A stretch of 64,000 bases of DNA from Candidatus Falkowbacteria bacterium (GCA_009885285.1 VFKX01000007.1:5046-69045); one strand, 5' to 3'. Positions 20,687 to 30,085 are shown, counted from the stretch's first letter. The notes: generated by a model not told the origin, from the letters alone. A program made the numbers and translations.

Positions 20687-20690
20687 AATT

Positions 20691-20720
20691 AAAACACTCT
20701 TAGAAATAAGGGTGTTTTTA
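20691..20720 (+). terminator. Intrinsic terminator after the candidate sRNA
   Basis: AAAACACTCTT-AGAAAT-AAGGGTGTTTTT. Confidence 0.65.
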
Positions 20721-20861
20721 TTTGTCTTCAATCTCTTTTAATCCAAGCAGCCTCTTATTGTTATGCAGAGACCAAAAAGGCATGACACTCCAAAAATAAA
20801 AAATGCCGCTATTTTAGATAGCAGCATTTTAGCAATCCAGAGATGAAGAAAAGATAAAGTA

Positions 20862-21983
20862 TTATTTCTTTAACCACCTTAAATACGCTTCCATAAATGA
20901 TTCGAGCGCTCCGTCAAGCACCGCATCAACATTAGAAGTCTCGTAATTTGTCCTATGATCCTTGATATAACGATTGCCATAGAGGCAATAGGAGCGAATC
21001 TGCGAGCTCCAAGCCGCCTTCTGCACTTCACCCTTCAACTTCCTTTCTTCCGCCTCTCTCTCCTCTAAAACGCGCTGATATAACTTAGTCCGTAAAATCT
21101 TAAAGGCATTCTCCTTGTTCTGATGCTGTGATCTTTCACTCTGGCAAGAAACGGTAATACCGGTCGGAATATGGACGATTCGGACAGCCGAGTCAGTCGT
21201 ATTCACGCTTTGGCCGCCAGGACCGCTCGACCTAAAAACATCGATGCGAATATCCTCATCCCGAATAACTATTAGTCCATCATCCTTAATCTCAGGAATA
21301 ACCTCAACTAAGGCATAGGAGGTTTGACGGAGGCCGTCGGCATTAAATGGAGAATTCCGTAGTAAGCGATGTGGACCGTTCTCCCCTTTTAAATAGCCAT
21401 AGGCCCAAGCTCCGGAGATGCGCAGCACCACGCTCTTAATCCCAGCCTCATTGCCATAGCTCCTGTCCATAACCTCAACTTTCCAAGTCTGGCGCTCACT
21501 GAAGCGCAAATACATTCGCTCGAGCATCTGGGCCCAATCCTGGGCGTCTATGCCGCCCGTACCGGCATGAATAGCTAATAAGGCGTTGTCATGGTCATAT
21601 TTCTCGGAGAAGAGCGAAATGAACTCCAGATGGCTAAATTTTTCCTTGAGCTCCAGATATTTTTTCTCCAAGTCGTCAGCTAAACTGCCATCCTGAATAT
21701 GAACATCCCCAGAACTATCATTTTCTTTATCAGCTAAAGCCAAAATCTCCTCAGTTTCCCGGATATCTTGTTCCATGGCCAACCATTCTTTGGTTTCTAA
21801 GGCGAGTTCCTCCACTTCGCGTCCGACACTAATGGCATAATCACGGTCATTCCAGAAATCAGGGGCAGACATCTGTAAGCGCAGTTCCCTTTCCCGAACA
21901 GCTTTCCGGTCAATACCGAGCAGCTCTTTGGTTTTTATAAAGTGTTCCCGTAGTTCTTCAAGTTTTTTTAATAGGTTTTCCAT
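20862..21983 (-). CDS. prfB: Peptide chain release factor 2, no programmed frameshift
   Basis: SPF recognition motif and GGQ; uninterrupted ORF. Confidence 0.96.
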   Translation of the reverse strand: MENLLKKLEELREHFIKTKELLGIDRKAVRERELRLQMSAPDFWNDRDYAISVGREVEELALETKEWLAMEQDIRETEEILALADKENDSSGDVHIQDGSLADDLEKKYLELKEKFSHLEFISLFSEKYDHDNALLAIHAGTGGIDAQDWAQMLERMYLRFSERQTWKVEVMDRSYGNEAGIKSVVLRISGAWAYGYLKGENGPHRLLRNSPFNADGLRQTSYALVEVIPEIKDDGLIVIRDEDIRIDVFRSSGPGGQSVNTTDSAVRIVHIPTGITVSCQSERSQHQNKENAFKILRTKLYQRVLEEREAEERKLKGEVQKAAWSSQIRSYCLYGNRYIKDHRTNYETSNVDAVLDGALESFMEAYLRWLKK

Positions 21984-22066
21984 ATGCCTATATTATAACA
22001 GAGATAAACAAAAACCCAAGCTTTCAGTCGGGTTTTTGAAACTAAACGCTCCTAAGATAATAATTA

Positions 22067-22801
22067 TTACTGGGCTGTCCAACCGCCGTCTACGTACATG
22101 ATTGATCCAGTCACATAAGATGATTCATCGGAAGCCAAGTACACAGCGGCATAGGCAATGTCATTCGGCTCTCCCATGCGGCCAAGAGGTGTAGAAGCCT
22201 CAAGACCCGCCTTGGCTCGAGGATCGTCAGTAATACCCTTAGTCATATTTGTAACAATAAATCCAGGCGCAATAGCATTAACTCTAATTCCGTTTGGAGC
22301 TAATTCTAAAGCAGTTGCCCGCGTTAATTGGTTAATACCGCCCTTCGTAACACAGTAGATGCCCACTCCCCGAAACCCGACTGTACCCAGAATTGATGAA
22401 ATGTTGATAATTGACCCAGCTATTTTTTTCTCTCTCATATAAAGACCGGCTGCGCGAACTCCATAGAAGTAACCATTTAAGTTTACACCCATAACATTAT
22501 CCCAAACTTCATCAGATGTTCCAATAATTTCCTCTAAGGCCGCGGTGCCGGCATCATTAACTAAGATATCCAAATGTCCAAACTTTTCCACTGCCGTATC
22601 TATAAGATTTTTTATCGCTTCGCTATCGGAGGCATTGCCAGTAACGCAAAATGCATTCTCACCAAGTCTATCAGCATCCGGATGAGGATTCATATCAAAC
22701 ATAACGACCTTAGCTCCTTCAGCTAAAAACATGTCGCCAATCGCCCGTCCGATACCGGACGAAGCTCCAGTGACAATCGCAACTTTATTTTGTAATCTCA
22801 T
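22067..22801 (-). CDS. Short-chain dehydrogenase/reductase (FabG-like)
   Basis: TGASSGIG, YxxxK (YCVTK) and IRVNAIAPG motifs. Confidence 0.93.
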   Translation of the reverse strand: MRLQNKVAIVTGASSGIGRAIGDMFLAEGAKVVMFDMNPHPDADRLGENAFCVTGNASDSEAIKNLIDTAVEKFGHLDILVNDAGTAALEEIIGTSDEVWDNVMGVNLNGYFYGVRAAGLYMREKKIAGSIINISSILGTVGFRGVGIYCVTKGGINQLTRATALELAPNGIRVNAIAPGFIVTNMTKGITDDPRAKAGLEASTPLGRMGEPNDIAYAAVYLASDESSYVTGSIMYVDGGWTAQ

Positions 22802-22821
22802 AAGAATTAATTATATTTTAA

Positions 22822-24111
22822 TTATTTATTACTTTTAGAATTTTGGATTACGCCTTCCAATTGCTTAACCCTTTCTTTAAGACTTGCCATTTTCAATTCT
22901 CGATCAATCATCAAACTATTCATAGTAACCAACTCTTTATTACGTTCATTTATTTTCTGCTCCGCTTTCTTGCGTTCTGTAATATCAATAATAGTTCCCT
23001 GTATATGCGTAGGCCGGATATCGGATCCACGAACTAACTCCGAGACATTCTCCACCCAATGAATGCCTCCATCTTTAGCGACTAAGCGATATTCCTGCCT
23101 TAGGAAATGGTCGACTAACTGTCTAACAAATTCTTGCTGCCCAGCCAACACGCGCTCACGATCTTCTGGATAAATAATATCAAAAAATTTCATGCCACCA
23201 GCTAAAAAATCTTCTGCGACGTAACCCCAGCGCTTAATATTTTTGGAAATATATTCTAAAGGCCAGTCTGCAATAAAACGCAAGCGATACAAAACAATAG
23301 AGCTGTTCTCTATAACAATATTGGATAATGACAGCTCTTCTTCCATTATCTTTCTGTCAGTAATATCAACCAAAGTTCCTTGATAATGGGTAGCTGTGCC
23401 AGAATAATCACGAATAATTTCCACCAAATCTTCCACCCAACGGATTTTCTTATCCTTTGTCAGTATGCAGTACTCATGACGAAAATTCCGTAAAAAAATA
23501 TTTTTGGCAAAAAAATCTTCCGTCTCCCTAAAACTCCTTTCTAAGTCGTCAGGGGAAATAATGTTTGCCATTTTTATAGCCCCGGAAATAAACTCATCGT
23601 CCGAATAACCATATTGGGAGATATTCTTGGAAATAAATTCCAAGGGCCAACCACGGCTTGATCGAACGCGATAAATAACAGCGGAACTATTTTCGATAAT
23701 CATCTGTGCCTGTGACAACTCCTCTCTCATTAATTTACGATCAAGAGCATCGTCACCAAGAAGCAGTATGCCAACAACCTCTCCAGACTGATCCTTTAAA
23801 GCAAATCTTCTCCAGATGATTTCTTTATTTTCTTTTAATTTCGTAGTAACAAGGCTATTATCCTCCCCTCCTAACAATACATCTCCAGCCATCATCTGCT
23901 TAAATTCATTTCTTGACTCCTTGGCGCTATCTCTAGGCAAACACTTCTTGAACCAATTCTCTCCGATAAGCTCATTTTCACTATAGCCAAGCAACTTACA
24001 GCCAGGTTGATTAATTAAGAAAATATTGCCACGGTCGTCTAAAGCCACCGCAAAAGATGTTATGACATTAGAGAGACATTCATACACCTGTTCTTTTGAT
24101 AACATGAACAT
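22822..24111 (-). CDS. Triple PAS/PAC domain protein with C-terminal coiled coil, no output domain
   Basis: Repeated WPLE(F/Y)ISKNI...P(D/E)D...QGT.(V/I)DIT(D/E)RK units; ends in MIDRELKMASLK. Confidence 0.85.
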   Translation of the reverse strand: MFMLSKEQVYECLSNVITSFAVALDDRGNIFLINQPGCKLLGYSENELIGENWFKKCLPRDSAKESRNEFKQMMAGDVLLGGEDNSLVTTKLKENKEIIWRRFALKDQSGEVVGILLLGDDALDRKLMREELSQAQMIIENSSAVIYRVRSSRGWPLEFISKNISQYGYSDDEFISGAIKMANIISPDDLERSFRETEDFFAKNIFLRNFRHEYCILTKDKKIRWVEDLVEIIRDYSGTATHYQGTLVDITDRKIMEEELSLSNIVIENSSIVLYRLRFIADWPLEYISKNIKRWGYVAEDFLAGGMKFFDIIYPEDRERVLAGQQEFVRQLVDHFLRQEYRLVAKDGGIHWVENVSELVRGSDIRPTHIQGTIIDITERKKAEQKINERNKELVTMNSLMIDRELKMASLKERVKQLEGVIQNSKSNK

Positions 24112-24226
24112 ATTAAATTAAAAAATTATCAGCAACCTTTATCTTTATTAGATAGATAACCATACTAATATTATACTGTTATTATTTAATAAATAAAAGC
24201 GCCTGTTTTGACAAGCGCTGTAATAT

Positions 24227-25093
24227 TTATCTAACAAGGCGATTAACTATTCCTCTTTGTTTCCTCTGAGCGATTATCACGTAACAGATGGTGTTCTGCC
24301 ACCTCACCTCTTGGTAAGATATCCTTACAAATCCACCGTCCGGAAAGCTACTGCCCCAGGAATTAATGGCAGTAAAGGCGCCATAACCATCATCGGTCTT
24401 TAAGCTATCATCATAGCCGGTCAAACAAATGGCATGTGTTTCATCAAGCTTCATATGCTCAAGCCTAACTTTGGTCATTACTTGTCCGTCACCGAACTCC
24501 TCGTGATTATCAGCCGACAACATTACCCTGAGAATAACTGGCATACCCGCAGCTAATAATTGACGAGCTTTGTTAATGCCATCCCATGAAGCAGTCTCTT
24601 CTGCTTGTTCATAGGACAATAATATCCCCCTATACCTAAAACTTTCATTGACTCGGAAATAGGCGAAATCATAGATTCGGTTATGCTGCGCCGACTTCAT
24701 TAACTCTACGGGGGCGGCTTGATAGATATTGGAGTCAACGTAAGGATATTCACTATCCAGACATACTCCCTGAGTTTTCATAACTTCCAAAGCTACTGAA
24801 ACTGAAGTGCCGGCAGTATCCATAAAACTAGTGATAAAGGCCTCGCTATAATCAGCACCATTTACAGCCCCGAGTGCGTAGCAGGCAGCAAAAGCGGCGC
24901 AAGACCCATAATCACCCTGGTTCTGAACCAAAGGAAACATGGCTCGTAGATCAACAGATACAGGCAGACCGGTCCTGATTAAGCCTTGGTGACGCTCTAG
25001 GCGACGCTGCATTCTCGTTATATCAATCATACAGGCTAAGGCTAGTATAATTATTATTGACGCCAAGGTTATGGCGATTCGATTATCTTTCAT
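24227..25093 (-). CDS. Membrane-anchored papain-like (C1) cysteine peptidase
   Basis: QGDYGSCAAFA, HAICLTGYDD and NSWG catalytic motifs; N-terminal TM; ATG at 25093. Confidence 0.9.
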   Translation of the reverse strand: MKDNRIAITLASIIIILALACMIDITRMQRRLERHQGLIRTGLPVSVDLRAMFPLVQNQGDYGSCAAFAACYALGAVNGADYSEAFITSFMDTAGTSVSVALEVMKTQGVCLDSEYPYVDSNIYQAAPVELMKSAQHNRIYDFAYFRVNESFRYRGILLSYEQAEETASWDGINKARQLLAAGMPVILRVMLSADNHEEFGDGQVMTKVRLEHMKLDETHAICLTGYDDSLKTDDGYGAFTAINSWGSSFPDGGFVRISYQEVRWQNTICYVIIAQRKQRGIVNRLVR

Positions 25094-25231
25094 ATATTCC
25101 GATTTTAAAGTACGACATTGGGCAATCATGCCTCACTAGGCAATAAATAACTCTAGTATAAACAGGCAAAAATGTAAATAAAAAATCCCTCAATCTTTTC
25201 AGACGAGGGATAATAATGATTATATAGCAAT

Positions 25232-25348
25232 TTATGCAAATAACCAAAATGCAATACTGCCGATAGCTAAACCAGCGATAACCAAGGCTATTAGCTGAGT
25301 GCCAGTGATTTCTTGACCGACATGTGGCCCAAACAATTTCTTTTTCAT
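25232..25348 (-). CDS. Small single-TM protein (38 aa)
   Basis: Read by hand: MKKKLFGPHVGQEITGTQLIALVIAGLAIGSIAFWLFA*; followed by a terminator-like hairpin at ~25180-25210. Confidence 0.55.
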   Translation of the reverse strand: MKKKLFGPHVGQEITGTQLIALVIAGLAIGSIAFWLFA

Positions 25349-25381
25349 TTTTCTGTTTTCAAGGGTGAATACTCTAACTGC

Positions 25382-25489
25382 TTAACTATTAACCACTAAA
25401 TATATGGTTATACCTAATAAGGCAATAAATACTATTACTTTGACAAGCATTAAGCCGTCAACGAAGGTTCTAATCCTGAATTTGCTCAT
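25382..25489 (-). CDS. Small single-TM protein (35 aa)
   Basis: Read by hand: MSKFRIRTFVDGLMLVKVIVFIALLGITIYLVVNS*; downstream of a near-consensus promoter. Confidence 0.55.
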   Translation of the reverse strand: MSKFRIRTFVDGLMLVKVIVFIALLGITIYLVVNS

Positions 25490-25567
25490 TTTCTTTATTG
25501 TGTTTCGTTAATATTGAAATAATATTATAATATATGTTGTTAAGGGACGATCTCTACTGATGAATAC

Positions 25568-25596
25568 ATCATAGCACATTTTGATATAATTGTCAA
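25568..25596 (-). promoter_or_regulatory. Sigma70 promoter for the small-protein pair
   Basis: TTGACA-17 nt-TATGAT. Confidence 0.65.
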
Positions 25597-25662
25597 TCTG
25601 GAAATAAAAAAGGGGCACAATTATGCCCCTACGACCCACCAAGATATTTAACTTACTTAGCG

Positions 25663-26031
25663 CTAATTTTTAGGAAACAACATCTGAGCGCGCACACCTT
25701 GCTTGCCCCAAAACACGGTAAATTTTTTATACACTCGTACTCCGTCCGAGCTGGAATAAAAATCGCCGATATTAAAGCCTAATTCTTCAAGCCTATCATG
25801 ATCGCCCGTCAAGAATGACTGATCACGCGAAACATTATCCAATATTAGTTTTCTAAGTTTGCGAAGCAGTAGAAACATTTGAGCGGCTTTCAAGCAAATA
25901 ATTGCCATGGTAATACAGGCAGAAGTATAGGCATGAAACCAGAGAGCCACAACCAACAACCCTAAAAACATAGCTGCAAAAATATAATCCTCGATGCGAA
26001 TTATTAACCGGACACTTTTCTTTTCTTTCAT
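25663..26031 (-). CDS. Hypothetical 2-TM membrane protein
   Basis: Own promoter (TTGACA-17-TATGCT, ~26077-26105) and terminator (~25605-25630). Confidence 0.7.
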   Translation of the reverse strand: MKEKKSVRLIIRIEDYIFAAMFLGLLVVALWFHAYTSACITMAIICLKAAQMFLLLRKLRKLILDNVSRDQSFLTGDHDRLEELGFNIGDFYSSSDGVRVYKKFTVFWGKQGVRAQMLFPKN

Positions 26032-26103
26032 TAGTTATTAGATTTGTTAAACAACAACGCGATTAAAACTAGGTTGAGCATACCGCAATCATAGCAAGAT
26101 GTC

Positions 26104-26133
26104 AAAAAAACGCCCGTATAAACGGACGTTTTT
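26104..26133 (-). terminator. Terminator of the alpha/L13-S9 operon
   Basis: A7-CGCCCGT-ATAA-ACGGACG-T5. Confidence 0.75.
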
Positions 26134-26160
26134 GTATAGAAATAGATATTTCGCGATTGA

Positions 26161-26667
26161 TTAACGCTTGCTCCATTGTGGAGCTTTTCTGGCTTTGCGT
26201 AAACCCGGTTTCTTTCTTTCAACCTGTCTTGGGTCGCGAGTCAGGAAGTCGTTAGCCTTAAGAGCATCTTTAGTCGCTGCATCAACCAATAAGAGAGCAC
26301 GAGCGATACCTAAACGAACGGCACCGATCTGGCCCTGCTTGCCTCCGCCCTGAGCGATGACAGAGAAATTATAGTCACGGCCATGGCCAGTAACTTTCAA
26401 AGGTTGGGAAATAAGCGCAGCGCCTTCGCCTGGGAAGTACTGGCTGGCGCGTAAACCATTAATCATGATTACACCCTTGCCATCTTCATATAAACGGACC
26501 TTAGCAACCGCAGTCTTGCGGCGGCCGACAGCCTTGATATATTTGCCTTTGAATTCAGCAACTTCATTCTTCGCCCATTCCTTCTCTTCTTCGATAGGCG
26601 TTTCAGTCACTAAAATTTCTTCAATTTCAGTCTGGATTTTGGCTGGTTTAAATTTCTTGTCGGCCAT
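26161..26667 (-). CDS. rpsI: 30S ribosomal protein S9, N-terminal extension
   Basis: GRRKTAVA and LTRDPR.VERKKPG...QWSKR motifs. Confidence 0.98.
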   Translation of the reverse strand: MADKKFKPAKIQTEIEEILVTETPIEEEKEWAKNEVAEFKGKYIKAVGRRKTAVAKVRLYEDGKGVIMINGLRASQYFPGEGAALISQPLKVTGHGRDYNFSVIAQGGGKQGQIGAVRLGIARALLLVDAATKDALKANDFLTRDPRQVERKKPGLRKARKAPQWSKR

Positions 26668-26668
26668 A

Positions 26669-27025
26669 TTATTTGATAATTAATCTTTTGAGCTGATCAG
26701 TACGAAGCTTAGTCGGAGGCAACATGTCGCGCACGGCCTTAACCAAAACTTCTCCCGGATTCTTAATAAAAACTTCGCCCATCTTCTTGGATCTCAAACC
26801 GCCGAGATAGCCAGTATAATGATGGTATTCTTTCTGACCAAGCTTTTTGCCAGTAAACTTGGCTTTAGCGATGTTGGAAACTTCCACGATATCGCCCAAG
26901 TCCAAATATGGCTGGAATTCCGGCTTAGTCTTGCCGCGTAAGATATTGGCGATAGCAGTGGCCATGCGGCCAATTGCCTGTCCAGTGGCATCAATCTTTT
27001 GTAATTTTCTTTCAATATTTTTCAT
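26669..27025 (-). CDS. rplM: 50S ribosomal protein L13, short form
   Basis: IDA.G..IGRMAT, RGKTKP and AVRDMLP motifs; ends right after KRLIIK. Confidence 0.95.
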   Translation of the reverse strand: MKNIERKLQKIDATGQAIGRMATAIANILRGKTKPEFQPYLDLGDIVEVSNIAKAKFTGKKLGQKEYHHYTGYLGGLRSKKMGEVFIKNPGEVLVKAVRDMLPPTKLRTDQLKRLIIK

Positions 27026-27029
27026 ATGA

Positions 27030-27380
27030 TTATACTAATTCAATCTGAACCATTTCCGCGCCATCACCTTGGCGGGCTCCTAATTTAGTGGTGCGGGTAT
27101 AGCCTCCCGGACGGGTCTGATATCTGACGCCAATAACTTCAATCGCCTTCTTAACAGAAGTCTTCTGTAGCAAGACCTTGATTAAACCGCGACGAGCAGC
27201 TAAATCGCCAGCCTTAGCGGAGGTGATCAACTTCTCAACCAAAGGACGAAGAGCCTGAGCTTTAGCCTTAGTAGTCTTAATTTTCTCATAGAGAATCAGA
27301 CTGGAAGCCATGTTACGAAGCATTAATTCGCGAGGGCCTTTCTTTCGGTCGAGGGTTTTATTTTTATTTCTGTGGCGCAT
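27030..27380 (-). CDS. rplQ: 50S ribosomal protein L17
   Basis: MRHR start; RPGGYTR and RQGDGAEM motifs. Confidence 0.98.
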   Translation of the reverse strand: MRHRNKNKTLDRKKGPRELMLRNMASSLILYEKIKTTKAKAQALRPLVEKLITSAKAGDLAARRGLIKVLLQKTSVKKAIEVIGVRYQTRPGGYTRTTKLGARQGDGAEMVQIELV

Positions 27381-27405
27381 ATCAGTTAGGTTACGAAATT
27401 ACAAA

Positions 27406-28224
27406 TTATTTCTTAGCTTTTTTAGCTTTCTTTTCTGGCTTAGCCTCCTCTTCTTCTTCGGCAGCCGCTTCTTCGTGCTCTTCAATGGCTGCTTCCAGAT
27501 CTTCTGACGGAGTAATTACTTCTTCCGCTTTCTGACCGGATAATTCCAAGAAGGAAGTATACTGATCAACCAAGATTTTTACCGCTTCCTTGAAAGCAAC
27601 TTCCGCAGTGATGGTGCCATCAGTCTTGATGTCAAGCACCAGCTTGTCCCAGTTAGTCATTTTACCAACGCGGGTATTTTCTACGCTGATGCTAACGATA
27701 GTGACCGGAGAGAAAATGGAATCAATTTCAATATAGCCGATTTCCCGATTATCTTTCTTGGTGGCTTCAGCCATCTTGTAGCCGTGTCCTTCCTTAACAG
27801 TGATTTCAATATCGAGAGTGCCAGCTTCATCAGTAATATGAGCAATCACTAATTCCGGATTCATAATTTCTACATCGGAATTCTTAGTGATATCAGAGGC
27901 CTTGACAGCCTTCTTGCCCTTAACCTTGAGCTCTAACCGGACTTCTTCTTCAGTAAAGGTCTTTAAGCGTAATTGTTTCAAATTCAATAAAATTTCTAAG
28001 ACATCTTCCTTAACATGAGGCAATGCCATGAATTCATGGCTAGCACCCTTAATCTTAGCGCCAATGACGGCAGCTCCCGGAAGAGAGGATAAGAGGACGC
28101 GGCGCAAGGAATTACCGAGAGTCATACCGTAACCCGGAAACAATGGTTCCACAGTCACAATACCTTCGTGTACTTCCTTACCGGCTTTGAATTCGATTTT
28201 TTTTGGCAATGCGATATTTTGCAT
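27406..28224 (-). CDS. rpoA: RNA polymerase subunit alpha, NTD only
   Basis: EPLFPGYGMTLGNSLRRVLLSSLPG, IDSIFSPV and TDGTI motifs; no CTD motif. Confidence 0.97.
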   Translation of the reverse strand: MQNIALPKKIEFKAGKEVHEGIVTVEPLFPGYGMTLGNSLRRVLLSSLPGAAVIGAKIKGASHEFMALPHVKEDVLEILLNLKQLRLKTFTEEEVRLELKVKGKKAVKASDITKNSDVEIMNPELVIAHITDEAGTLDIEITVKEGHGYKMAEATKKDNREIGYIEIDSIFSPVTIVSISVENTRVGKMTNWDKLVLDIKTDGTITAEVAFKEAVKILVDQYTSFLELSGQKAEEVITPSEDLEAAIEEHEEAAAEEEEEAKPEKKAKKAKK

Positions 28225-28285
28225 ATTTTTTGTTTATACTGTCCTTCGTCCGCCAGTTAGCAGAGATGGCTAGTATTATTTGAGA

Positions 28286-28915
28286 TTATTTTGAGTAATA
28301 CTCAATGATCACTTGGACGTTGATGTTCTGAGGCAGATCTGTATCCTTCGGTTCGTGGAGAATCTTAGCGCTCAAATCCTTATCATCGAAGTTCAACCAG
28401 CTCGGGCGGTCAGCTTTCTTCAAGCCTTCAGTCGCCTTCTTGAAATATGGCATCTTAGCGCTTGATTTTCTAACCTTAATCACCTGACCTAATTTAACAG
28501 CGCATGAAGGAATATCAGTTTTTCGGTCGTTAATAGTGAAATGACCATGATTAACTAATTGGCGAGCCGCAGCGCGGGAAGTCGCCCAGCCTAAGCGGTA
28601 CACAACATTATCCAAACGCATCTCTAAAGCGCGTAAGAAATTCTTACCGGCATCACCCTGTTTCTTGGAAGCTTTTTCCAAAGTCAGGCGGAATTGCTTT
28701 TCCAGTAAGCCGTAGAACTTCTTAGCCTTCTGCTTTTCAGCCAACTGAGAACCATAGTCGCTTAAGCGCTTATGTCCCTTAGGGCCATGGAAGCCAGGAG
28801 CGTAGTTACGCTTGGTAATGGCGCATTTCGGAGTGGTGCAGCGTTCTCCTTTTAAGAAAAGCTTTTCTCCTGATCTGCGGCACTGGCTGCATTTGCTGTC
28901 AATATTTCTTCCCAT
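28286..28915 (-). CDS. rpsD: 30S ribosomal protein S4
   Basis: LEMRLDNVVYRLG, ARQLVNHGH and IIEYYSK motifs. Confidence 0.99.
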   Translation of the reverse strand: MGRNIDSKCSQCRRSGEKLFLKGERCTTPKCAITKRNYAPGFHGPKGHKRLSDYGSQLAEKQKAKKFYGLLEKQFRLTLEKASKKQGDAGKNFLRALEMRLDNVVYRLGWATSRAAARQLVNHGHFTINDRKTDIPSCAVKLGQVIKVRKSSAKMPYFKKATEGLKKADRPSWLNFDDKDLSAKILHEPKDTDLPQNINVQVIIEYYSK

Positions 28916-28960
28916 ATCATTTTATATCATTAATGACTTTATATCTTTATAATGCTTATC

Positions 28961-29524
28961 TTAGACGCGTCTTGGTTTCTTCGGACGGCAACCGTTATGA
29001 GGGACAGAGGTCATATCTTTAATAGAAGTGACGTTCAGACCGTTAGCGTTCAAAGCGCGGATAGCCGCTTCACGACCAGTCCCGACACCGGAAACGAAGA
29101 CGCTGACTTCTTCCAAACCGTATTCTTCACGAGCTTTCTGGGTAGCTATCTTAGTGATGATCTGAGCGGCGTAAGGGGTAGCTTTCTTCGCACCCTTGAA
29201 ACCAGCCAAACCGGCACTCGCCCAAGAAATGACGTCGCCGTTAGGGTCAGTCAAAGTGATCATGGTGTTGTTATAAGTCGCCTGGACATAAGCCCGGCCG
29301 ATCTTAACGATGCGAGCTGTCTTTTTCTTCTTTTTCTTGATTAATTTTTTCTTGGCACGCGCCGCCTTATTCTTTTCCAGTTTCTGTTTAATTTCTTCCG
29401 GTAATTCTTCTACGACTGAATCAAAAGAAAAATCGGAGCCTTCCTTTTCTTTAGGCTCGCCGGCTTCTTCTTTATTGGTCCCGCTGATTATCGGGGTTTC
29501 GTCTTTTTTTGATTCTTCGGACAT
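28961..29524 (-). CDS. rpsK: 30S ribosomal protein S11, long N-terminal extension
   Basis: [14 protein letters not shown] and PHNGCRP motifs. Confidence 0.98.
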   Translation of the reverse strand: MSEESKKDETPIISGTNKEEAGEPKEKEGSDFSFDSVVEELPEEIKQKLEKNKAARAKKKLIKKKKKKTARIVKIGRAYVQATYNNTMITLTDPNGDVISWASAGLAGFKGAKKATPYAAQIITKIATQKAREEYGLEEVSVFVSGVGTGREAAIRALNANGLNVTSIKDMTSVPHNGCRPKKPRRV

Positions 29525-29563
29525 AAGTCTTAATTCTTAATTCGTAATGCTTAAATTATTTGA

Positions 29564-29959
29564 TTAGGTCTTCTGTAAAGCAGACTTGCTCTTGCCGCTG
29601 CCCATAGTGACACGCTTATTGCCGCGAACGGTGCGGCTGTTAGTCTTGGTGCGCTGACCGCGAACCGGAAGATGCTTAGCGTGGCGTAAACCGCGGTAGC
29701 AGCCGATTTCCCGCAAGCGCTTAATGTTGCTGGCTACTTCACGGCGCAGATCGCCTTCAACCGTAAATTTCTTTTCAACGATTTCCCGAAGGGTGTTGAC
29801 GTCAGTTTCTTTCAAATCCTTAACTCTGATATCCTTATCAACTTTAGCGTCAACCAAAATCTTATTGGACCGAGTGCGGCCAATACCATGGATGTAGGTT
29901 AAAGCGATTTCAATTCTTTTGTCATTAGGGATGTTAACTCCCGCAATTCTTACTGCCAT
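29564..29959 (-). CDS. rpsM: 30S ribosomal protein S13
   Basis: RIAGVNIP and [11 protein letters not shown] motifs. Confidence 0.99.
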   Translation of the reverse strand: MAVRIAGVNIPNDKRIEIALTYIHGIGRTRSNKILVDAKVDKDIRVKDLKETDVNTLREIVEKKFTVEGDLRREVASNIKRLREIGCYRGLRHAKHLPVRGQRTKTNSRTVRGNKRVTMGSGKSKSALQKT

Positions 29960-29971
29960 AATATTAAAAAA

Positions 29972-30085
29972 TTAACCTTGTCTTTGTTTATGTTTAGGGT
30001 TCTTACAAATAACATGGACACGGCCTTTGCGGCGGACCACTTTACAATCTTTACAGATTTTTTTGGCACTGGCTCGTACTTTCAT
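29972..30085 (-). CDS. rpmJ: 50S ribosomal protein L36 (37 aa, below the ORF track cutoff)
   Basis: Read by hand: [37 protein letters not shown]. Confidence 0.97.
   Translation of the reverse strand: MKVRASAKKICKDCKVVRRKGRVHVICKNPKHKQRQG

Noticed and set aside
20622-20687. tRNA gene
   Set aside because: It has a 7-bp acceptor-like stem but no TTC T-loop and no canonical D or anticodon arm; kept as an unknown ncRNA.
26031-26222. 63-aa ORF overlapping the rpsI end
   Set aside because: It spans the rpsI stop, a terminator and the next promoter; likely spurious.
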